From: Octopus sinensis
Lineage: Eukaryota
Assembly (NCBI RefSeq): GCF_006345805.1
Contig: NC_043011.1
Coordinates: 55,192,464-55,256,463 of the forward strand
Direction: 5' to 3'
Length of the DNA stretch: 64,000 bases
Translations under genes and position numbers: made by a program
Part shown: one piece after another, positions 54,626 to 64,000 of the stretch
How the letters are laid out: each line of letters starts with the position of its first letter
Position numbering within the stretch: position 1 is the stretch's first letter
The notes under the pieces: model-generated
What the model saw: only the letters and a program-made list of their open reading frames with translations
The model's database searches: none
Told to the model about the DNA's origin: nothing

Positions 54626-55016
54626 AGGAAATAAATTTTTAATTTTCAATTGCAATCCCAGTTATATCTGAGTGTAGAAACATTTCTTTTGACAGAATCA
54701 GTGTGTCAAGTATGAACTATTTCAATTAACTAATTAACACTGATAGGCAATGGAATGACTTTATCGCTTCAATTAGGGTGAAAGTTTAAGACAATATTTG
54801 TACTTTGAACAGTGAAACCTTAAATTGTTTATCTGTTTCACTGATTTATCACTTCACCAACACTTTACTATTATTATCATTATTATTATTAATATGACTA
54901 ATATTATTAGTAGCGTTATTGTTGTTGTTGTTGTTAGTGTAATTGTCAAAATAATTTTTATAGAGCATATTTTTTGAAAAGCAAAGTTTATTTTGGCCAA
55001 GTTCACTGCACACACA

Positions 55017-55070
<54 letters not shown>

Positions 55071-55075
55071 ACACA

Positions 55076-55116
<41 letters not shown>

Positions 55117-55557
55117 CACACACACACACACAAACTAATTAATGCTATCCTGTTTGAATGATATAAAATCACTCCACAGCCATATTTTCTATCGATGATG
55201 CCTGCCATTTTGCCATTTCAAGTGTTGTTTCACTTCTTACTCCCACCTTCCTTTCCATTCTCTTTTTCTTTGCTTCTCCAACCAAACAACAAAGAAAAAA
55301 AAAGAAGACTCCTCCTCCTCCTCCTCCCACTTTCATTTTATTTCTTTTTTTTGTCTCTTTTCAGTGATTTATAAAAGTTGAATGTTTTTAAAACAAAGTA
55401 AATGACCGATGTTAATTACCCAGAGACGCCATCTGCACAAGAAACAATAGTTAAGTCTGTGCAGAATTGTTAAGCACGCCGGGCGAAATGCTTGGCGGTT
55501 TTTCATCTGCCGTTAGATTCTGAGTTCAAATTGCGCCGAGGTCGTCTTTGCCTTTGT

Positions 55558-56085
55558 TGAGTCCTTTTGTAATGGACTCAACAAGTTGGTATAATATTCT
55601 CCATTGATGGTGTGATCCTTTTGAAGACAGTCAATGAACACAAGTTCTTTTGTATCCCCCAAAACTGATACCCTCACTTTCCCTGCGGATGAAATGACCT
55701 TGGCCTTCTTTAGAGCAGATGAGGAGTGTTTTCCCTGCATGGATTGTCCTTTTCATCTCTGGCCCAAATTGATGAGCCCAGCACTCATCCTGGTTTAGGA
55801 AATGTTCCCCTTAATGTAGCAGCCATGTCAGCTTGAATGACCTTGGAGGTTAAACCCTTTTTCTGAAGGTACTTGATAATACCACAATGCCAAATTTTGT
55901 TCATTTTTAAAGAGAAGTCTCACCTGGATACTTTCAAAGTCTTTTTTCAAGAGTCAGATGTCAGTTTACCTGAAAAGAAACAATGCAGTTATTAATAGGA
56001 TGGAATTAAATTAATGCAGGCAAGATTTCACAGCTCAAGCATTAATACTTTATGGTGAGCCTATGAACTTTTCAGCCCACACTCG
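55558..56085 (-). mobile_element. mariner transposase relic with one TIR
   Basis: KKAKVISSAGKVRVSVLGDTKELVFIDCLQKDHTINGEYYTNLL matches mariner 'SAGKVMASVFWD..G...ID.L.KG.TINGEYY'. TIR-like GCCTATGAACTTTTCAGCCCACACTCG at about 56059-56085. Confidence 0.8.
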
Positions 56086-57534
56086 TGTGTGTGTGTGTTG
56101 TCTTAACATTCATCATCATCATCATCGTTTAACATCCGTTTTCCATGCTAGCATGAGTTGGACGGTTCGACCAGGGTCTGGGAAGCCAGGAGGCTGCACC
56201 AGGCTCCAGTCTAATCTGGCAAAAGTTTCTACAGCTGGATAGCCCTTCCTAACACCAACCACTCCGTGAGTGTAATGGGTGCTTTTTTTACGTGCCACCA
56301 GCACAGGTGCCAGGGAGGCTGGCAACAGCCACGTACGGATGGTGCCTTTTTTAGGTGCTAGGGTAGGCTGGCAACAGCCACGATTGTTCGGTGCTTTTTA
56401 CGTGCCACTGGTATGGAAGCCAGTCAAGGCGGCACTGGCATTGGCCATTTGGCCATGACATTGTGTGATATTTATAAATGTGGGTCACCTACATACAAAT
56501 AGTGTAATTCATTTCCAACATTCTGCAAAAATATGTCCTCTGGTCGTGGCGGGTAGGGGTGGGGGTGGGGGTGGGAATATTATCTTGCCTGGAAACAGAT
56601 GAAGGTTGGTGACAGGAGGGGCATCCGGCCATATAAAATTTCCCTCAATGAACTCCATTTGACTCGGGTCAAACATGGAACAGAAAAGTTAGAAAAGACG
56701 ATGATGATGATGACTTTTAATCAGCAGCAGTGATGACGATGGGGAACAGTGATGACAGGGATCAGTAATTCACAGAAACGTCACTGATTTCTCTGTTTTA
56801 ATTCCATCCTATATTTATGTCTAACAACATCCAAGCATTCCGTGATAACATCAGGCAATTCCTGTTGTTAAAGCCATAAAGCAATGAAATGCTTTTAACA
56901 GGAGTGTATATACAAGTGTGTGTGTGTATATAAGTGTGTGTGTGTATATACATGTGTGTGTGTATAAAAGTGTGTGTATATAAGCTGTTAGTCGTTTATT
57001 TGTTGTTGTTGCTGTTTTTGTTGTTGCTGCTGTTGTTTAGCTCTAGGCCGACCTTAAATGTTACAACTGGAAACTAGAACACATAGTTTAGAAGATTGCA
57101 GCATCCATTGTTCTCTTTCTTTTTTCTTTCTTTTAAAAATATAAAAGGATTACAGGGTGTGATTCGAAGGAAACTCAGTTGCTATTTCCAGCAGGTCCAG
57201 TAAGCACATAAAGGCTCTTTGTTAGGTGTGCTGGCATGTGTGTGTGTGTAAATAAATACAAACGTAGCTTGGACATAACTTATAAGCTTCCATCACTCAT
57301 AAATCTTCCATCACTCACAAATCTTCCATCACTCATAAATCTTCAAAGTTTTATTTCAAAGTTTCTTTTGAACATTAACTTGATCAAAAACAACATCAAT
57401 GGCTTACATTATATATATGTATATGTATATATACATAACGGGAAGGTTTACGAAAATAAACAAAAGACGAAGGCAGGTGGAGTACAAACAAACAAATGTA
57501 TTAGTATGGCACTCAGGAATAGAAATAAAACAAG

Positions 57535-57572
57535 TCTTTTACGTTTCGAGCCTACGCTCTTCGACAGAAAGA
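57535..57572 (-). ncRNA. minimal hammerhead motif, A6U core variant (second copy)
   Basis: TCTTT-CTGTCGA-A-GAGC(gtag)GCTC-GAAA-CG-TA-AAAGA within a repeat homologous to about 51952-52155. Confidence 0.55.
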
Positions 57573-57944
57573 TACACAGAAAAGAAACAAGGAGATAAAA
57601 AAATGCGTGCAGGAGCTAACAATTCAACATGGCGTTACACACATATATATATATTTCTTTATTGCCCACAAGGAGCTACACAGAGAGGGGACAAACAAAC
57701 ACAGACAAAGTCGATTACATCGACCCCAGTGCAAAACTGGTACTTTATTTATCGACCCCGAAAGGATAAAAGGCAAAGTCGACCTCAGCGGAATTTGAAC
57801 TCAGAACGTAACGACAGACGAAATACTGCTAAGCATTTCGCCCAGCGTGCTAATGTGTCTGCCAGCTTGCCGCCTCAGTTGGGGCTGCACACACACACAC
57901 ACATACACACACATATATATGCATGTGTGTGTGTGTGTGTGTGT

Positions 57945-58285
57945 GTGCGCAGCCCCAACTGAGGGACCAGCTATCCAAATCGACGGTAGCTTGGTAGATA
58001 AAGCAATTAAGGATATGAAGGCAGAGGAAGCGGCCCCTTCTCCCCCCACCCCCAACCCATCAGGGATCACCACTGAGATGCTTAAAATCTCTGCCAGAGT
58101 GGGATGTGGCCAAGTCACCCATATTAGTTTATTAGGTTGTCCACAGGGATGCAATCCCAACGACTGGTATAGCAGAACTGCTATAATGGTAAAAGAGTGA
58201 TGCCTTAGACAGAAATAATTACAGAGGCATCAAATTGCCGGACCAGTCTAGATGAGATGCAGTTTGGTTTTGTGCCAGGAAGAGG
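57945..58285 (+). mobile_element. RTE LINE RT N-terminal fragment
   Basis: EGPAIQIDGSLVDKAIKDMK...PSGITTEMLK...DALDRNNYRGIKL..DEMQFGFVPGRGTTDAI motifs across frames. Confidence 0.8.
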
Positions 58286-58484
58286 CACAACTGATGCTAT
58301 ATTACTATATATACACACGTGTGTATGATTGTGTATAGAAGAATATATTACTCAAAGAATTTCCAACTTTGTCTGATTTTCACATTTTATTTACAATCTT
58401 ATAATAATATAATATAATCTTATAATAATATAATATAATAATATAAAATAATGAAATGATAGAATATTAAATGTCCATTCTGAT

Positions 58485-58529
58485 TGAACTAGTACTTTCA
58501 TGCATTAAACTATGCAATCTTCAGGTTCA
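58485..58529 (-). ncRNA. minimal type I hammerhead motif in PLE pseudo-LTR
   Basis: TGAAC-CTGAAGA-T-TGCAT(agttta)ATGCA-T-GAAA-GTAC-TA-GTTCA. The plus-strand partner at 59441-59476 has a deleted stem II. Confidence 0.7.
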
Positions 58530-58624
58530 TGTAGTAGTGGTGACAGCTACGTTTTACAATTTACAACTGTGGCAATATGGCTAATATAAGAAAGAAAAAA
58601 AACAAAATATTCACAAATGGAAAT

Positions 58625-58914
58625 ATGACCTGCAAAAGCAGAAATTGAATTTATTGCATCAAATGCCCAAATTGTGAAGAACTATAAGTAGGTCAGACTG
58701 GAAATGCACTATCAGACATTCACGTGTGTGCTGACTGCAAATTAGAGACCCAGATGTCTGTCAGATACCTTTGAGTAACCATGTAGCAACATGCAGTCAG
58801 AAAATATTTATAAAAGTTCCATTCTACAAACAACACAGTCCAAGTGAAATTGGAAGAAAAATCAGAGAAAAGAACTTTATTAATAAATTCCAACCGAAGC
58901 TAAATATACAATAA
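58625..58914 (+). pseudogene. Penelope GIY-YIG endonuclease relic
   Basis: MTCKSRN*IYCIKCPNCEEL*VGQTGNALSD, then after a frameshift QIRDPDVCQIPLSNHVATC...REKNFINKFQPKLNIQ*. This is the PLE 'IY.I.C..C...YVGQT...E...I....P.LN' pattern. Confidence 0.8.
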
Positions 58915-59742
58915 TACTAATACTTAGAGGTACTATTTTTACTGCTACAACTACTAACACTAACAACAACAAGAATACTGAAGGTGCTCATGATGATGAT
59001 AGCAGGAAAATTCTAGTTAAGTCAAGAGAAAAGTCAGTAAAAATTATCTTATTTTGGGGTTTAAAGTTCTAACACAGCTACTCCTACCACCACCACCAAG
59101 AACAACAACAACAACAATAAAGAAGATGATAATGATGATGATGATAATTGAAACATAAAAATCTCTGGGAAATGTTGTTTACAACATTTCTAAAAATAGC
59201 CCAACAATTACTGCTTTGGCCAGGATCAAAATACAGGTCACTTGAAATGTTCAACAAACCGTGACGCCTAAACCAAACACCAATCAACTTAAGTAATTTA
59301 GTAAAATCACACACTGATTGGTCAGAATACAGTTTGCAAAAATTAACATTCTTCAGTCTATAAAAATGTATTTGAGGCACACAGTTTAGCCATCTCACTA
59401 CAGTCGTAGATTGTAAAACGTAACTGTCACCACTACTACATGAACCTGAAGATTGCTGCATGAAAGTCCTAGTTCAATCAGAATGGACATTTAATATTCT
59501 ATCATTTCATTGTATTGTATTATTATTATAAGATTGTAAATAAAACATGAAAATGAGACAAAGTTTGAATTTCTTTATATATATATGTTATCATATTTCG
59601 TATTTCATGTTGTTTATGTTCTGTGACGTCCTCTGCCCATATATGTATATATATGTATATCTATACACATATATTTGTAAGTATGTACACTCATTCGCCA
59701 CATCCTCACCAAACACCTCATTGATGTTTCAAGCTGTCTTGG

Positions 59743-59743
<1 letters not shown>

Positions 59744-59774
<31 letters not shown>

Positions 59775-60551
59775 TGTGTACAGTGCTCAGGTGCACTACA
59801 ACTCATCTAAAGTGTATATATAATCAGGTGTAGTTTCGGCGGATTTCGGAAAGCATGAGGGCCTTAAAGGATGCAGTGTCATGGCAGTCAACAACTGACG
59901 CAGGCAGTTTATTCCATGCTTCAGCAACTCTGAGCGTGAAAAAATGTTTCTGAAAGTCATGGGAGCTGTGTTGTTTTCTGACTTTGTAGGCATGTCCACG
60001 TGTGTTAGACACATGGAGATCAAAAAGGTGTTCAGTGTTGTTGTTGGTGAGGTGGTTGATAACTTTGTGGGTGTTTACCAAGTCCGTCGCCAGACGCCGG
60101 AGCTTCAGTGAATCCATGCCCAGGGAAGCAAGGTGCTCAGAATATGGTAGGTGACTGATGGAGGGTATGCGTTTGGTTGCACGTCTCTGGACAGATTCCA
60201 GGAGGTCAATGTTCTGAGCAAGATAGGGGTTCCAAACTGATGATGCGAATTCCAAGTGTGGTCGTACCATAGCTGAATACAGTTTTAAATAGATGGCTGG
60301 AGAGCGGCTAACAAAAGTCTTGCTGAGTGATGCCAAGACACCCTCGGCCTTCTTGACAATTTTAGAGATATGCTTTGTCCAACGCAAATCACTGCTGACA
60401 GTGATGCCTAGGTCACACTCGCAAGAGGATTTCTTGATATCAGTGTTGTGGAGGGAGTATGTGGATGCAGGGATTTTCTCCCAAAATGTATGGTGGTACA
60501 CTTGTCCACAGCCAGTTTCAGTTGCCAGTCTGTGATCCATTGCTGCATTGC
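59744..60551 (-). mobile_element. CR1-type LINE 3' end, open RT C-terminus
   Basis: ORF 59824-60540: ECDLGITVSSDLRW...LYSAMVRPHLEFASSVWNP...LESVQRRATK...TRGH...FFTLRVAEAWNKLP. Ends with a GTGCACCTGAGCAC stem-loop and (TTA)n tail. Confidence 0.92.
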
Positions 60552-60786
60552 TGCGTTGGTTCCACGACAGAATTCATATTCATAAACAACACAAACTTTT
60601 TATCTATCCATATGTTCACAAAAATTGATTTACAAGAAAAAGCTCACAATATAATCAGATACCATGAATTGCATTTCGAAAAGTGATGAATTAACTCTTA
60701 AATGCTGTAAAAGAAAGAATTGTCAGGATAAAACATTAGAGTTAACGATTGTCAAACTTGGTGCATAAGAAAATCAGACATTACAT

Positions 60787-60839
<53 letters not shown>

Positions 60840-61754
60840 AGAACACAAGTGGGTTTGAATGTTCACTACAGCTGTTTCAGACACATTCTTCATTGATGAA
60901 TAAGATGGCTAACAACAAGGGCTGTTCTACTCCAAGTTAGATTTTGATCACCTGAAGAAAATGTCTTTTTCCATCATGTAATTATTGTAATTGAACTCTT
61001 CCTCAATAAAGAAGGCCTCCTGAAACAGACGTAGGGAACCTTTGAACCCATTTGTGTTCTTTTATGAAAACACCAGACCAGGAACCTTCACTGTGGTGGA
61101 TCAAGAACTTACATTGAATTGTGAACCAACATGCATGTCAAAGTATATATGGAGATTTTGTATACGAGACATTATTCTGGTTATTTACATCCCTTTAAAC
61201 AAGGTCCATTAATTATATCAATTGAATGGTTAACACTGAAGTGTCATTGTCTCTCAATGAAAGCCACTTGGCTCTAATCGTTTCCACTCAATGTCGTCTG
61301 CAACAATAAAACACAACAAAAACGACCCAAGGCCAGCCTCTCCAGATGTCCTACTTTTCTAGCATTTGTCCCACTTTTTAAACTATAATCCCCCTGACCC
61401 TTCGAGAATAGTTGTGAATGGGGATTTGTCCTATTCCGGGGGGGGGGGGTATTTTTGTTAAAATTTTATTTTAATTGCTGAATAATTTCTCATGTTTTCC
61501 AGATAGAATTTATGATATTAAATTTTTAATTCCTATAAATCTTTCAGCTTTTAGAAAATATGGATTTGTTTTCAAATTTGTTTATTCCGTTATGATTAAA
61601 ATAGGAATATTTAATGTCAGTGATTAATCATATTTTTGTTTGTTTTTATTCTTAATCCATCTTAATTATTTTAATTTGGTTTGTTTTTCCAATGAATGAT
61701 TAACAAGGTACATTGTCAATAATTCAGATTCATCCTAAAAGTTGTCTGATAGAA

Positions 61755-61792
<38 letters not shown>

Positions 61793-61855
61793 ATGCGTAT
61801 GTGTGTGTATGTGTGTGTGTCCAATATATGCAGCTGAAGCAGTATTCTTTTATTC

Positions 61856-62209
61856 ATTTCAGTCATTTGACTGCGGCCATGCTGGAGTACCGCCTTTAGT
61901 TGAGCAAATCAACCCCAGGATTTATTCTTTGTGAGCCTAGTACTTGTTCTATCGGACTCTTTTTGCTGAACCGCTAAGTTACGGGGACGTAAACACACCA
62001 GCATCAGTTGTCAAGCGATGTTGGGGGGGACAAAAACATACACACACATATACGACGGGCTTCTTTCAGTTTCCGTCTACCAAATCCCCTCACAAGACTT
62101 TGGCACCTTGGGCAAGTGTTTTCTACTGCAGCCTCAGGCCGACCAAAGCCTTGTGAGTGGATTTGGTAGACGGAAACTGAAAGAAGCATGTCATATATAT
62201 GTATATATA

Positions 62210-62257
<48 letters not shown>

Positions 62258-62478
62258 ATATGTATGTATGTGTGTGTATATGTTTTTGTGCCTGTGTTTG
62301 TCTCCCCAACATCGCTTGACAACCGATGTGTTTACGTTCCCGTAACTGAGCGGTTCGACGAAAGAGACCGATAGAATAAATACTAAGCTTAAAAAGAATA
62401 AGTCCTGGGGTCGATTTGCTCGACTAATGGCGGTACTCCAGCATGGCCACAGTCAAATGACTGAAACAAATAAAAGAA
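61856..62478. mobile_element. head-to-head inverted pair of family B SINEs
   Basis: Minus copy at 61856-62102 is directly fused to a plus copy at 62101-62478. Confidence 0.85.
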
Positions 62479-62609
62479 TGTGTATGCATGTGAAATTTTT
62501 GAAGGGAGGTAACTTCAGCTTGAATAATAGTTATCTCCCCTGAAATAGCTTTTTTTTTTTTTTCTAGTTTCGGTTAATTTTTTTAAACTTTTAACTGAAC
62601 CGTCAACGG

Positions 62610-63226
62610 CAGAGGTTCTCCACCGTTTTTATTTATTGACTCCTTTGATTACTATCTTATTCTGGTGGACCCCCATAACCACTCGGTGTTTAAAAACCTC
62701 CTTTATAGATCTCTTCTTTTGTGTTTCCCACGTTAACTACAGTAGATTCAAACCGTGTAAAATGTTAGAGAAAGAAACCGAAGCCTCTTTCTTGCAATAC
62801 ATTTAAAGCTGCATTTTTTTTAGGGGTCCTTAATATAGGGATCTTTTCGCTTTGACCGGCAGATTTTTAAAATAATTTCTATGTAACTAAAAAATTTTAA
62901 ACTTCGTTTACTGGTAGAATGTGTTTATAAAACATCTTTTTCTCTTGGCTAAAAGCAGCCAGAAAATGTTACGGCAGAAATTGTGTTCACCTCAATGGAC
63001 GTCATTGATTGGTTGAAATTGCCGAAACGCAAGAAATTAAACGGCAAATATGTTACAAACTACAGAATTTTCTCAAGAAAGCCAAGAGAAAAGATGTTTT
63101 ATAAACACATTCTACCAGTATACGAAGTTAAAATTTTTTTAGTTACATAGAAATTATTTTAAAAATCTGCCAGCCAAAGTGAAAAGATCCTAAAATACTC
63201 ATATGGACCCTGGTTGAGAACCACTG
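62610..63226. mobile_element. hAT (Charlie-like) MITE with nested MITE
   Basis: CAGAGGTTCTCCACC ... GGTTGAGAACCACTG TIRs. Flanks GTCAACGG / GTCTATAG are a partly decayed 8-bp TSD. Confidence 0.65.
62838..63190. mobile_element. MITE with TIRs of about 110 bp and TA target duplication
   Basis: TA|GGGATCTTTTCGCTTTGACCGGCAGATTTTTAAAATAATTTC... mirrored by ...GAAATTATTTTAAAAATCTGCCAGCCAAAGTGAAAAGATCC|TA. Confidence 0.85.
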
Positions 63227-63239
63227 GTCTATAGAAATA

Positions 63240-64000
63240 TCAGAAATGGAAGGCAGCACCAGATTTGGCGATTTGGGAAGATGTACGATATTTGGTAGGC
63301 TACTCTTAATATCAATCCATTGAGCATGGGAGGATGTACAAGAACAAATATAATGGATGACGTCTGGGAGAAAGTGTTATCACCAATTTGGGAACAATTT
63401 CAAAGATTTTGACATATCTGATGCAATCAAACAATTGGTGACATTATCAAACAATAACTCTGAGCACCTTTTTGAACTCCACCTGCCTAACACCTGTGGA
63501 CATGTTTACAAAGTCAGAAAACAGCACAGCTCCCATGACTTTCGGAAACATTTTTTTACACTAAGAGTTGCTGAAGCATGGAACAAACTGCCGGCATCAG
63601 TTGTTAGTTGTCGGAGCACTGCATCCTTCAAAACGTCCATGCTTCCTGAGATTCGCCAACACTACACCTGATTTTCTCCCTTCCATACACACGAAAACAT
63701 GTATCTGACTCATACACAGTTCACTTCCCAGACATTTGTACATTACTGCTTATACTTTATACGCACTTTTCACAAGTTGTGGTGCACCTGAGCACTGTAT
63801 ACAATAATTTCATTATTATTATTATTATTATTATCAAAAGAACTGAACATGCTTTTGTAGCAGGAAGATTCTTATACGTTAATTGATGCTAGCAAGCAAC
63901 CACTGGCAAATGAACAGTTGATGCAGCTTCATAAACAGCAAGCAGAAGTGCACCAACTGGCACTAGAACCACAACATTTCATCAACAAAATGCAGCAAGA
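63240..64000 (+). pseudogene. pogo/Tigger-like transposase C-terminal relic, split by CR1 insertion
   Basis: Removing 63452-63838 gives AWEDVQ...RKCYHQFGNNFKDFDISDAIKQLVTLSKELNMLL*QEDSYTLIDASKQPLANEQLMQL, resembling the Tigger/TIGD1 C-terminus (AWEEV...F.GF...ELELEV..EDV.EL....LT.EEL). Confidence 0.6.
63452..63829 (+). mobile_element. 5'-truncated CR1 LINE with 9-bp TSD
   Basis: NNNSEHLFEL...CGHVYKVRKQHSSHDFRKHFFTLRVAEAWNKLP, same family as 59744-60551. (ATT)n tail, with ATTATCAAA at 63443-63451 and 63830-63838. Confidence 0.9.

Larger units (their letters stand above)
58355..59575 (+). mobile_element. 5'-truncated Penelope-like element with inverted pseudo-LTRs
   Basis: Inverted arms 58355-58584 and 59387-59575 enclose a decayed GIY-YIG endonuclease. 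Both arms carry hammerhead cores. Confidence 0.8.

Noticed and set aside
63861-64000. Open frame after TTTTGTAG as a host exon
   Set aside because: Continues the pogo/Tigger relic frame across the CR1 insertion; the TAG is better read as a nonsense mutation.

Overview
AT-rich, repeat-dense eukaryotic genomic DNA. The SINE, RTE and microsatellite families look like octopus (cephalopod mollusc); this is inferred from recognising the repeats, not from a search. The only well-supported host gene is Rab11. Its first coding exon (MTKDDEYDYLFK, minus strand, 28139-28175) lies next to a compact housekeeping-type promoter (YY1, CRE, ETS and NRF1-like motifs). I found no exon 2, so intron 1 appears to run more than 28 kb off the left edge. 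The rest is transposon debris: tRNA-derived and RTE-tailed SINEs, RTE and CR1 LINE 3' ends, a decayed Tc1 transposase, mariner/maT/pogo relics, piggyBac- and hAT-type MITEs, a non-autonomous Helitron and Penelope-like retroelement (PLE) remnants. The most notable signal is a set of minimal type I hammerhead-ribozyme motifs from about six PLE-like families. One family has the core C3-G8 pair swapped to G3-C8 in all three copies, and another has U at the normally invariant A6. Also seen: an isolated cluster of heat-shock elements, several long inverted repeats (possible dsRNA/ADAR substrates) and a visible CpG boundary inside the Rab11 intron. Most ORFs in the supplied track are microsatellite or repeat artefacts.
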